Part shown: piece after piece, positions 38,945-47,991 of the stretch | How the letters are laid out: every line of letters begins with the position of its first letter | Numbering within the stretch: the stretch's first letter is position 1 | Assembly: GCA_963747985.1 (NCBI GenBank) | Contig: CAVVHG010000002.1 | Location: 33,323-97,322, forward strand | Length of the DNA stretch: 64,000 nt | DNA from: an uncultured Acidobacteriota bacterium | GTDB taxonomy: Bacteria > Acidobacteriota > UBA6911 | Direction: 5' to 3' | Translations under genes and position numbers: made by a program | Notes under the pieces: model-generated | The model's database searches: none | What the model saw: only the letters and a program-made list of their open reading frames with translations | Told to the model about the DNA's origin: nothing

Positions 38945-39442
38945 ATGCCCGGCGACGGTGCAAAGGAGCGTCTGTTCGACGATGTGGTTTCCGCGAACAT
39001 GCGACGCATCATCGCTATCGCGCGCAGCTACGCCCGTGCAGATGAGCAGGTAGACCTGTGCCAGGAAATCCTGCTGCAGATGTGGAAAGGGCTCGACCAC
39101 TTTGAAGGCAGGTCCGCTCCGGGTACCTGGGTATACCGCGTCGCGCTGAACACGGCCATCACGTTTCGCAGGAAAAACAGCCGTCGGATCGAGCCATCGG
39201 CCCGGCCTTTGGTCGAAACTTACCCGGAGCCCTTGGCACCGCCCAGCCCCGGCAATGAAATCCTCATCCTGGAAGAGTTTCTGCAGTCGCTGGGAAAAGT
39301 AGACCGCGCCGTTTTCCTCCTGTACCTCGAGGACCTGAGCTACCGTGAAATCTCCGAGGTCACCGGCCTGACCGAGAGCCATGTCGGTGTGCGCATCAAC
39401 CGCCTCAAAAAGACGTTCACTCAGCGATACTGCGGAGGTTGA
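38945..39442 (+). CDS. ECF sigma factor (sigma-70 regions 2 and 4)
   Basis: Region 2 reads RRIIAIARSYARADEQVDLCQEILLQMWKGLDHFEGRSAPGTWVYRVALNTAI. Region 4 reads LEDLSYREISEVTGLTESHVGVRINRLKKTF. An RBS aggagac precedes the ATG at 38945. Confidence 0.8.
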   Translation: MPGDGAKERLFDDVVSANMRRIIAIARSYARADEQVDLCQEILLQMWKGLDHFEGRSAPGTWVYRVALNTAITFRRKNSRRIEPSARPLVETYPEPLAPPSPGNEILILEEFLQSLGKVDRAVFLLYLEDLSYREISEVTGLTESHVGVRINRLKKTFTQRYCGG

Positions 39443-40041
39443 AGATGGAACTCGAAGGATTCAAGTCAGCTTGGCAGAAACAGTCTGTGGAGGGGCATCC
39501 CCTCTCCTCCCGGCTGCGGAGCTCGCGGTCCCTTCAGTTCGTTCGCACCAGCGCGATACACGATCTTCAGCGGTCGGAAGAACTCTCGAGACTGGTGTTC
39601 AGTCTGCTGTTTGCCCTCGTTGTGGCCGGTGTGTCCGTGGTGCTGATGTCCCCGGGACCGGGGCGCATTGCGGGTTGGATCTTTGCTGCAGCGCTGCTGG
39701 TCGACGGCCTGGCCGGCGTAGTGCTCCTTGCTCACCGCTTGAAGGAGCCAGCCACGGCCACGATGCTGGAGTTCATATCGAGGGAACACCGTCACGTCGA
39801 GACCCGGCTCCGGGTTGAACGATACTCGCAAAGGCTCATTTTCGCTCTTGGGGCGATCGCCCTCCTGGTGCTGATTCTCAGTCCACAGCCCATGGACTCC
39901 CGTGCGGACTCCTTTGATGTGCTCGGCCGGATGGCCATTGTGACCTTATTCCTGGCCTTTGCGTGGCGGCGCGTGAAATCACGCTCGCTGGAGACCCGGA
40001 GAGAACTCGAGCGGTACCTCAACGACCTGTCTGATCGATAG
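39439..40041 (+). CDS. Hypothetical multi-TM membrane protein, candidate anti-sigma factor
   Basis: The gene is translationally coupled (ATGA) to the ECF sigma gene. The 200-aa product has 3-4 hydrophobic helices and no zinc-finger motif. Confidence 0.45.
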   Translation: MKMELEGFKSAWQKQSVEGHPLSSRLRSSRSLQFVRTSAIHDLQRSEELSRLVFSLLFALVVAGVSVVLMSPGPGRIAGWIFAAALLVDGLAGVVLLAHRLKEPATATMLEFISREHRHVETRLRVERYSQRLIFALGAIALLVLILSPQPMDSRADSFDVLGRMAIVTLFLAFAWRRVKSRSLETRRELERYLNDLSDR

Positions 40042-40317
40042 CGCAGTCAGGAAGTGCGGCGTGAATCTTATCCACGGCGTCGTGGGGTGGAGCGGTTGCC
40101 CTGGCCCTGGGGATCGGTATTCTCCCGGCGCAGCCTGAGCAAGGTGCGGCTTCACTCGCGCCCGGGATCGACAGGCTGGTGCAGCCCGCCAGCCCTGGAA
40201 CGAGAGCCCGCGCCGGAGCGCTTGGCCGGTGCGCGCGCATGTCCGCCGCGCTACGGCGGACTCAGCTTGCACGGCCGTCGACGGACCGAACAGGCAACAG
40301 CGGCGCTGGGGCAAAAC

Positions 40318-41187
40318 TCAGTAGAGCGGTCGCGTCTTAGAGTCGAACCCTGATTTTCCCAGAGACTGCAGCAGTGGGCCGGCCCCCGCGGCCATCATTC
40401 CGAGTTCGCTGCTCGCCTGGAAGAACAGGAAGCCCTCGCCGATGTATTGCTGGACCTGCCCGGGACTTGCTGCGGGCCGGCCCAGTGCAATATTGTGCCG
40501 GCGCCCGGCTGCGACGACCTTCTCGATCGCGGATTTCAGCCTCGGATCGTCCTGCCTGCCATGCAGACCGTACGAAAACGAGAGGTCGTTTGTCCCGATG
40601 AACAGAACATCGATCCCCGGCACGGCGGCGATCTCCTCGATCCGATCGACCGCCTGCGACTGCTCAATGATGACCACGACAGCTACATTCCGGTTGGCGA
40701 AGGTGGTATAGCCTTCGGGTGCGGGCCAGCGGAAACTGGCGAGCCCGGGCCCGGCACCACGGACGCCCTCCGGCGGATACTTGCATGCCGCCACGGCCTG
40801 CCGCGCAAGCTCCGGCGTCGAGGTGAACGGGAATATGACCCCAAGGCTTCCCTGGTCGAGGGCGCGCTTGGCCGTCCAGATCTCGTTGACCGGCACGCGG
40901 ATGAATGGGACCGCTTTGAGTCCCCGGGTGGCCAGGATCATGTTTCTGGCCGTCTCGAGCGTGATCGGGCTGTGCTCCATTTCGATCCAGAGGAAGTCAA
41001 AGCCCAGGTTAGCTGCCTGGGCGGCGACCTCCGGACTCGGGACCGTGATTGTTGCCCCGACGACCGGCTTGCCCTCCCGTAGAAGCCTCTTGACCGGGTT
41101 TTCCCATTCCGCCGGTGACTGCGCCCAGGCAAACGCGGCAGATGCCATGAAAAGGGCGGATAGCAGCGGCAACAGTGAGTCGCTCAT
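40318..41187 (-). CDS. HpcH/HpaI-family aldolase with a predicted N-terminal signal peptide
   Basis: GFDFLWIEMEHSPI...GVIFPFTSTPELARQAV...IEQSQAV...FIGTNDLS is typical of HpcH/HpaI/citrate-lyase-beta aldolases. The N-terminus MSDSLLPLLSALFMASAAFAWAQS looks like a cleavable signal. The start is chosen at the Met after GGGGGAA. Confidence 0.75.
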   Translation of the reverse strand: MSDSLLPLLSALFMASAAFAWAQSPAEWENPVKRLLREGKPVVGATITVPSPEVAAQAANLGFDFLWIEMEHSPITLETARNMILATRGLKAVPFIRVPVNEIWTAKRALDQGSLGVIFPFTSTPELARQAVAACKYPPEGVRGAGPGLASFRWPAPEGYTTFANRNVAVVVIIEQSQAVDRIEEIAAVPGIDVLFIGTNDLSFSYGLHGRQDDPRLKSAIEKVVAAGRRHNIALGRPAASPGQVQQYIGEGFLFFQASSELGMMAAGAGPLLQSLGKSGFDSKTRPLY

Positions 41188-41338
41188 GGATTCCCCCATA
41201 GCCCGGTTCCGATTCGAGACCGGTCTTACCGATCCTAGCAAATAGGAATGTCCGCGGGAACGGGGAAGTTGGTCGACGGTGCGGGTCCGCGCGGACGGTG
41301 CCCGCAGCAATCTTCGGCCTAGGATTGATGCTTGAACT

Positions 41339-42145
41339 GTGCTATTTTTTCCGGTCCTAAATACCGCAAACAGCTATACCTCTAAGGAAGGGACCTTGGG
41401 CACAACAAAGCTGACACGGAAAGAGATACTCGCTGAAGATCCGGTTCATCATGCGATCGTCCGGGTTGTAGAGCTTTTCCGCGAGCAGGGCAGGATGATC
41501 GCCGTTGTTGCCGCGGCCGGCCTGCTGGTAATCGCCGGAATATTCCTCGGCATCCAGTATCTGGATGCCCGTGAGGCACGGGCCCAGGACCAGCTTGCCA
41601 AGGGGATGGAATTCTTCCATGCGAGAATTGACGCGACGGCGCCGGACGACCCTTACGGGAAGGGCAGCGAGCCGTTGTTCCGAACTGAGGAGGCCAGGTA
41701 CAAGGCTGCCTACAAGGAATTCTCGTCTGTTGCGTCCTCGTGGGGAGTCTCCAAGCTGTCCATCATAGCCCGTTACTACCAGGGCCTGACCGAGTTGAAG
41801 CTCGGCCGGAAGGAGGAGGGCCTCCGCTCTCTTGAGGCGGTCCGCTACAACACCAAGGATCGCACGGTGGCTTTCCTGGCCAGACAGGCGATCGCGGAGT
41901 ATTACCTCCAGACCGGGAATCCGAAAGGAGCCAGGGAAATACTTGAAGAGATGATCAAAGATCCCCAGTGCACGCTGCCCAAAGCGATGCTTCAACTGGA
42001 CCTCGCCCGCGCCCTCGAAAGCCTGGGGAAGCGCGACGAGGCGATCAAGATCCTGCGGGAGGCCCGGGATGGCAGCGGCAGGAGCATGCTTGTGTCTTTG
42101 ATCGTGCAGGAGTTGAACAAGTTGGAGGGAGATGCGCGTCAGTAG
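41339..42145 (+). CDS. Membrane-anchored TPR-like protein (YfgM-like architecture)
   Basis: One TM segment (MIAVVAAAGLLVIAGIFLGI) is followed by helical repeats. The start is uncertain. Confidence 0.5.
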   Translation: MLFFPVLNTANSYTSKEGTLGTTKLTRKEILAEDPVHHAIVRVVELFREQGRMIAVVAAAGLLVIAGIFLGIQYLDAREARAQDQLAKGMEFFHARIDATAPDDPYGKGSEPLFRTEEARYKAAYKEFSSVASSWGVSKLSIIARYYQGLTELKLGRKEEGLRSLEAVRYNTKDRTVAFLARQAIAEYYLQTGNPKGAREILEEMIKDPQCTLPKAMLQLDLARALESLGKRDEAIKILREARDGSGRSMLVSLIVQELNKLEGDARQ

Positions 42146-42272
42146 CCAGCCGGAACTGCGCCGGGGTCTGCAGCGTAATACTCGTGTGGCAACAGACCAT
42201 CCACGAAACCTTCTTCGGCTGCCAAGATCCCCCGATTGACGCCGTAAGTCATTGTATTAATTGGTCCTTTTG

Positions 42273-42300
42273 TTGACAAAGTCTTGCTCGCGGCTATAAT
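42273..42300 (+). promoter_or_regulatory. Consensus sigma70-type promoter: TTGACA (42273-42278), 16 nt, TATAAT (42295-42300)
   Basis: It lies directly upstream of yceD-rpmF-plsX-acpP-fabF. Confidence 0.55.
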
Positions 42301-42330
42301 TGGCTGCCTTGCGCGAGGCAGGAGACGTCT

Positions 42331-42861
42331 GTGTTTATCGAGATTGAGGATCTGCGGGACGAACCGCTGCACGTACACCACGTTTACAGGGTGGGTGAGC
42401 TGGCCTTCGAACGGCAGGATGCGGCGCTGGCCAAGGTGGTGGCAGCCGATTTCGTACTGAGCCACGAGGACCGGGATCTGCACATAGACGGCAGCGTCGA
42501 CACGGCCGTTCGCTGCCGGTGTGCCCGCTGTACTTCGGAATTCCTGCGACCTGTCAGCGCGCGTTTCGACCTCTCCTACGTTCCACAACCCAAGGGGAGG
42601 AAAGAGAAGGAAGAGATCGAGCTCAAGTACGAGGAAATGGGCGTCGCATTCTATGACGGCATCCGTCTCGATGTGGATCTTATGGTGGCGGAGCAGGTAG
42701 AACTCGCGCTGCCGATGAAGTTTGTCTGTCGGGAAGAATGTAAGGGGCTCTGTTATCGATGCGGCAGGGATCTCAACGAGGGGCCCTGCGGTTGTGGCAG
42801 CGAGGGACCGGATCCCCGGCTCTCGGCCCTGCTGGAGTTTCGCGAAAAGAAGAAGGATTGA
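42331..42861 (+). CDS. yceD: YceD/DUF177 family protein (large-subunit ribosome accumulation protein)
   Basis: The C-terminal Cys cluster (CRCARC...CREECKGLCYRCGRDLNEGPCGCG) is present, and the gene sits in the conserved position immediately upstream of rpmF. The start is GTG. Confidence 0.8.
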   Translation: MFIEIEDLRDEPLHVHHVYRVGELAFERQDAALAKVVAADFVLSHEDRDLHIDGSVDTAVRCRCARCTSEFLRPVSARFDLSYVPQPKGRKEKEEIELKYEEMGVAFYDGIRLDVDLMVAEQVELALPMKFVCREECKGLCYRCGRDLNEGPCGCGSEGPDPRLSALLEFREKKKD

Positions 42862-42943
42862 GCCGGCCTTTCGATGCCGGACCGGCTGCCCGTTCCGACG
42901 TGAAAATGATCGGTGCAGCGAATAGAAAAGGGAGACACGTTCC

Positions 42944-43129
42944 ATGCCCAATCCAAAACGAAGACACTCGAAGGCACGCCGTGGCAAGCGGCGCGCGCAT
43001 GATTTCCTTCAGCCTGTGACCCCGGGCCTCTGCCCGCAGTGCCTGGAGCCGAAGCAGCCACACCGGGCCTGCCCCAAGTGCGGGTACTATCGCGGCCGCC
43101 CGGTGATGGAAGCCGAGGAAGAGATCTGA
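42944..43129 (+). CDS. rpmF: 50S ribosomal protein L32
   Basis: MPNPKRRHSKARRGKRRAHD...CPQC...CPKCGYY gives 61 aa. Confidence 0.9.
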   Translation: MPNPKRRHSKARRGKRRAHDFLQPVTPGLCPQCLEPKQPHRACPKCGYYRGRPVMEAEEEI

Positions 43130-43170
43130 TCCCGGCGACCTTCTTTTGCTGAGAGGAACTAGCCGATTCC

Positions 43171-44193
43171 ATGACCAAGATCGTCGTTGACGCCATGGGG
43201 AGCGACAACTCTCCACGCAGCGAGGTAGATGGCGCGATAGCTGCCGCCAGGGCCTACGGAGTGCACGTGATCCTGGCAGGTGACGAGAGCCGGCTCAAAC
43301 CGATGTTGAGGGAGAGGTCAGCGGAAGGCCTTTCCGTCGAGATCCGGCATGCTTCGCAGACCATTGCCATGGATGAGAAGCCTGCCGCGGTTCTCCGGAA
43401 GAAGAAGGACTCCTCGGTTCATGTCGCTGCCGCCCTGGTGCGTGACGGTCTGGCAAGCGGACTCGTGAGTGCGGGAAACACCGGTGCGGTCATGGCCGTC
43501 GCCAAGATGCTCGTGGGTGTGGTCCCCGGCGTCGACCGCCCGGCCCTGGCCACCGTGGTCCCGACTCTGACGGGCCGCGCGGTTCTGCTGGACGTGGGCG
43601 CCAACGTGACCTGCAAACCGCATCACCTGGTGCAGTTTGCGCTGATGGGACACCTTTTCAGCAAGCAGATCGTCGGCGTGGCATCGCCGCGCGTGGGTTT
43701 GATGTCCGTCGGCGAGGAAGAATCGAAAGGGACCGACCTTACCAAGGGAGTCCACAAGTCGCTCAAGGAACTCCAGATCAACTTCATAGGGAACGTCGAG
43801 GGCCGTGACATCTATAACGGCCGGGCGGATGTCATCGTTTGTGACGGTTTTACAGGGAACGTCGCGTTGAAAACCAGCGAAGGGCTTGTCGAGACGATGT
43901 TGCAGTTGATGAAGGAAGAACTTTCCAGAAACCTCCGGGCCAAGCTCGGAGCCCTTCTTTCCATGGATTCGTTCAGGCGGCTCAAGAAACGCCTGGACTA
44001 TTCGGAATACGGCGGTGCACCCCTGATCGGCCTGCGGGGAGTGTGCATTATCTGCCACGGGCGATCCAGCGGCAATGCCATCAAGAATGCGATCCGGGTC
44101 GCAAAGGAATTCGTAGAAAACAAGGTCAACGAGAGGCTTCAGGCGGAACTGAGCCAGATCTCGGCTCAGAGCCTCGAGAACGGCGAAGCCTGA
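43171..44193 (+). CDS. plsX: Phosphate acyltransferase PlsX
   Basis: MTKIVVDAMGSDNSP...GNTGAVMA...GFTGNVALK gives 340 aa. Confidence 0.9.
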   Translation: MTKIVVDAMGSDNSPRSEVDGAIAAARAYGVHVILAGDESRLKPMLRERSAEGLSVEIRHASQTIAMDEKPAAVLRKKKDSSVHVAAALVRDGLASGLVSAGNTGAVMAVAKMLVGVVPGVDRPALATVVPTLTGRAVLLDVGANVTCKPHHLVQFALMGHLFSKQIVGVASPRVGLMSVGEEESKGTDLTKGVHKSLKELQINFIGNVEGRDIYNGRADVIVCDGFTGNVALKTSEGLVETMLQLMKEELSRNLRAKLGALLSMDSFRRLKKRLDYSEYGGAPLIGLRGVCIICHGRSSGNAIKNAIRVAKEFVENKVNERLQAELSQISAQSLENGEA

Positions 44194-44389
44194 TACGATG
44201 GGGACGCCGCGGCTGTCTCTGCGGTGGCGAGGTCGCCGCGTGCGGGTGTGGTTTGGCCGGCTCGATGATTTCCGGAATCGATTCCCGGTTCGAAGCGCTT
44301 GCTTCTGGATCGCCGGGTGCTAAAATGTGGCGCCTTTAACGGCCGCATTCTTTCTTGTAGATTTGTGTAACTGCTAAGGAGAAAACATC

Positions 44390-44626
44390 ATGGCGTCTAC
44401 TGAGGAAAAGGTGAAATCCATCATCGTGGACCAGCTCGGCGTCAGCGAGAGCGAGGTAACCGATTCTGCGTCCTTCGTGGATGATCTTGGTGCGGATTCG
44501 CTCGACACGATCGAACTTGTGATGGCATTTGAGGAAGCTTTCGGGATCGAAATCCCGGACGAGGACGCTGAGAAGATCAAGACGGTCCGCAATGCCATCG
44601 ATTATGTCGAGTCGCACGTGAGCTAG
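44390..44626 (+). CDS. acpP: Acyl carrier protein
   Basis: [27 protein letters not shown] contains the phosphopantetheine Ser in DSL. Confidence 0.95.
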   Translation: MASTEEKVKSIIVDQLGVSESEVTDSASFVDDLGADSLDTIELVMAFEEAFGIEIPDEDAEKIKTVRNAIDYVESHVS

Positions 44627-44643
44627 CGAAAGAGAGCCGAGCG

Positions 44644-45888
44644 GTGAAACGGCGCGTCGTGGTGACTGGCGTTGGTTTGGTCACAGCCCTTGGCCTCGGG
44701 TCTGAAGAGACCTGGCGGTCCCTGGCCGGAGGTGTATCGGGCGTCGGCCCAATCACCCGCTTCGACGCCGCGCAGTTTCCCACGAGGATTGCCGCGGAGG
44801 TGAAGAACTTCGACCCTACCGTCTTCATCGAACGCAAGGAAGCGAGGAAGATGGATGCCTTCATCCACTACGCGCTGGCTGCCGCGGAGTTCGCGATGAA
44901 GGATGCGGCCATGGCGCGGTTGCAGCCTCCCGAGTCGGAGAGGACCGGCGTCGTCATCGGTTCGGGAATCGGCGGGTTCCGCACGATCGAAACCGAGCAC
45001 GAAACCCTGCTCAAACAGGGGCCCAAGCGCGTTTCCCCGTTTTTCATACCGTCGAGCATAGTCAACCTCGCGGCTGGGCATGTCTCGATAAGATTCGGCG
45101 CCACCGGCCCGAACTCCGCTCCGTGCACCGCCTGTGCGGCTGGAAGCCATGCGATCGGCGACTCCTTCAAGATAATCCAGCGTGGGGATGCCGACGTCAT
45201 GATCACAGGAGGCAGCGAGGCCGCCATCACGCCGCTCGCGGTCGCCGGTTTCGATGCCCTGAAGGCACTCTCCACCAGGAACGATGAGCCGACCAGGGCG
45301 AGCCGGCCCTTTGATCGCGAGCGCGATGGTTTCGTTCTCGGTGAAGGAGCCGGTATCCTCGTCCTCGAGGAGCTCGAGCACGCCACCAGTCGGGGCGCGA
45401 GAATCTATGCAGAGGTCGTCGGCTACGGAATGTCGGGCGACGCACATCACATCACTGCGCCGCCGCCGGACGGAGATGGTGCAGTGCGGGCCATGCGAAT
45501 GACCCTGCGCGATGCGGGGGTCGGACCGGACCAGGTTGATTACGTGAACGCCCATGGGACCTCGACGCCGCCAAACGACCGGACCGAAACCGCAGCGATC
45601 CGCACCGTGTTCGGCGAACATGCCTTCAAGCTCGCGGTCAGTTCCACGAAGTCGATGATCGGGCACCTGCTGGGCGCAGCCGGCGCCGTCGAGGCCGGCG
45701 TTGTGGCGATGTCCATCCGCGCGCAGAAGATACATCCCACCATAAATCTCGACAATCCGGACCCGGATTGCGATCTCGACTACGTGCCGCACGTCGCGCG
45801 CGAGATGAAGATCCGGTATGCTCTGTCCAATAGTTTTGGGTTCGGTGGAACCAACGCCTGCCTGTTGTTCAAGCGGTTTGAATCTTGA
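44644..45888 (+). CDS. fabF: 3-oxoacyl-ACP synthase II (KAS II)
   Basis: [17 protein letters not shown]... has the Cys in [14 protein letters not shown] and the His residues in NAHGTSTP and [15 protein letters not shown]. It is 414 aa. Confidence 0.9.
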   Translation: MKRRVVVTGVGLVTALGLGSEETWRSLAGGVSGVGPITRFDAAQFPTRIAAEVKNFDPTVFIERKEARKMDAFIHYALAAAEFAMKDAAMARLQPPESERTGVVIGSGIGGFRTIETEHETLLKQGPKRVSPFFIPSSIVNLAAGHVSIRFGATGPNSAPCTACAAGSHAIGDSFKIIQRGDADVMITGGSEAAITPLAVAGFDALKALSTRNDEPTRASRPFDRERDGFVLGEGAGILVLEELEHATSRGARIYAEVVGYGMSGDAHHITAPPPDGDGAVRAMRMTLRDAGVGPDQVDYVNAHGTSTPPNDRTETAAIRTVFGEHAFKLAVSSTKSMIGHLLGAAGAVEAGVVAMSIRAQKIHPTINLDNPDPDCDLDYVPHVAREMKIRYALSNSFGFGGTNACLLFKRFES

Positions 45889-46002
45889 GAAGGTGCATCC
45901 CGCTCGGAATCCGGATTTCTCCCGGAGACTCGGGACTGCGCTTGGTTGCAGCAAGATTCGGCACGGTATGCGGAATCACCCGCGTTGATTGGGAGTGAAG
46001 TT

Positions 46003-46779
46003 ATGAAGATCGCAGTCTGCGTCAAGTACGTCCCGGACACGGCCATCAGGGTCAAGGTTGCTGCCGACGGCAAGTCCGTCGATTTGTCCGACGTTGCCTA
46101 CGTGGTCAATCCGTACGATGAATTCGCCGTCGAGGAGGCACTCCAGATCAAAGAGAAACTTGGAGGCGAGGTTGTGGTCATCGCGGCCGGGAGTGAGAAG
46201 GCCACCGCCGGCCTCCGGACCTGCCTGGCGATGGGCGCGGATAGGGCCATACTCATCCAGGATGACACGTTGGCTACAGCGGATTCACTCGCTGTGGGTT
46301 CTGCGCTTGCCCGCGTCTGCCGCGAACTGGCTCCGGACGTCATTATCTTCGGGAAACACGCCATCGGTGTCGACAACGGCCAGGTTCCCGCCGTGGTGGC
46401 TGAGATCCTGGACGTGCCGCAGGTGTCGGTTGTCGTCAAGCTGGAGGTGCGGGCTGACGGATTCAGGGCGGAGAGGGAGATCGAAGGGGCGCGAGAAATC
46501 GTCGAGGGGAATCTTCCCGCGGTGTTCACCGCCCAGAAGGGGCTCAACAATCCGCGGTACGCCTCCCTGAAGGGAATCATGGCGGCCAAGAAGAAGCCGA
46601 TTGAAACCCGGGCAACTGCCTCGCTGGGCCTGAGCGCAGATGACCTGGCATCGCGTCTTTCGGTCGAGCAGGTCACGCTGCCGCCACCGCGGCCGCCCGG
46701 AAAGATACTGACGGGAGACGCGGCGGAGAGCGCCGGGCAGCTCATCGAGCTGCTGCGCGAAGAAGCCAAGATCATATGA
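46003..46779 (+). CDS. etfB: Electron transfer flavoprotein beta subunit
   Basis: The ORF starts MKIAVCVKYVPD...VNPYDEFAVEEAL after the RBS gggagtgaag. Confidence 0.85.
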   Translation: MKIAVCVKYVPDTAIRVKVAADGKSVDLSDVAYVVNPYDEFAVEEALQIKEKLGGEVVVIAAGSEKATAGLRTCLAMGADRAILIQDDTLATADSLAVGSALARVCRELAPDVIIFGKHAIGVDNGQVPAVVAEILDVPQVSVVVKLEVRADGFRAEREIEGAREIVEGNLPAVFTAQKGLNNPRYASLKGIMAAKKKPIETRATASLGLSADDLASRLSVEQVTLPPPRPPGKILTGDAAESAGQLIELLREEAKII

Positions 46780-46871
46780 AGTTTGTCCGGCATCGGTCTC
46801 ACCGGCGGTTGCCGCTTCTGTGAGGCGAACCCGGGGGCGTGCGCAGACAGGGGAGTTCAGACGGAGGAATC

Positions 46872-47855
46872 ATGACGCAGGGAATACTGGTTTTTGTTGA
46901 GGAGCGGCAGGGGACGCTGAAGAAGTCTTCACTGGAGGCGCTGTGCGCCGCTCGCGGTCTTGCGGATACCTTGAAAGAGTCTGTGACCGCGTTCTATATC
47001 GGAACGGCTGATCCGTCGGCTCAGCTGGGGCAGCACGGTGCTGACCGGGTGATTCTGGCGCGCCATGACCTCCTCGCTGCCTATTCCGCAGAAGCCTTTG
47101 CAGCGGCGCTCGTTGAAACCTGCAGCCATGTCAGTCCCCGCATCGTTCTCGGCGCGGCCACCGCGATGGGACGGGATTTTCTCCCCAGGGCCGCCGCACG
47201 CCTTCGTGCCGGGCTGGCGCAGGATTGCACCGAGGTCCGGATCGTCGAGGGGAGCCGGTTGGAATGTGTGCGGCCCATTTACGCGGGCAAGGCGCTTGCC
47301 CGTGTCAGGCCGCTGTCGGTTCCCGCCATGGCCACTCTGAGACCGAACGTGTTTTCAGTGCGCGCGCCGGATGCGACGCGCGCCGCGACGGTTGAGGAGT
47401 TCGCCCCGTCGCTCGAGCCCTCGAAGGTGCGCGCCAGGACTGTCGGGGTGGTGACCGGGGCAGGCCAGAAGATCGAACTGACCGAAGCCTCGATCATTGT
47501 ATCGGGCGGCAGAGGGATGAAAGGCCCCGAGAACTTCGCGATGCTTCAGGAACTGGCCGACGCTCTGGGAGGCGCAATGGGTGCGTCGCGGGCCGCTGTG
47601 GACGCGGGATGGATCGACCACCAGCACCAGGTCGGACAGACCGGGAAAACGGTCTCGCCGACGCTCTACATTGCCTGCGGTATCAGCGGGGCTGTGCAGC
47701 ACCTTGCGGGCATGTCTTCCTCGAAATACGTGGTGGCTATCAATAAGGACTCCGAGGCGCCGATATTCAAGATCGCCGATTACGGGATTGTCGGGGATCT
47801 CTTTGCGGTCGTACCCGAGCTGACCCGGCAGATCAGGAAGCTCAAGTCCCATTAG
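46872..47855 (+). CDS. etfA: Electron transfer flavoprotein alpha subunit
   Basis: MTQGILVFVEERQG has a C-terminal FAD-binding region (IVSGGRGM...YIACGISGAVQHLAGM). An RBS ggaggaa precedes the ATG at 46872. Confidence 0.85.
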   Translation: MTQGILVFVEERQGTLKKSSLEALCAARGLADTLKESVTAFYIGTADPSAQLGQHGADRVILARHDLLAAYSAEAFAAALVETCSHVSPRIVLGAATAMGRDFLPRAAARLRAGLAQDCTEVRIVEGSRLECVRPIYAGKALARVRPLSVPAMATLRPNVFSVRAPDATRAATVEEFAPSLEPSKVRARTVGVVTGAGQKIELTEASIIVSGGRGMKGPENFAMLQELADALGGAMGASRAAVDAGWIDHQHQVGQTGKTVSPTLYIACGISGAVQHLAGMSSSKYVVAINKDSEAPIFKIADYGIVGDLFAVVPELTRQIRKLKSH

Positions 47856-47991
47856 CCTCTTTTTTTGCGGACAGGTCCCGAGACTGCAAGGAGGCGGGTG
47901 CCGCCGGGTGGCAGTGCGTGTATCCCGTGTCTGCCCGGTTCCCCATGATCCCCTCGGACCCTGTGCTATACTTGCCTAAATCCTTGAGTGC

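Noticed and set aside
44623-45954. 443-aa minus-strand ORF
   Set aside because: It is antisense to fabF, a highly conserved gene with clear motifs.
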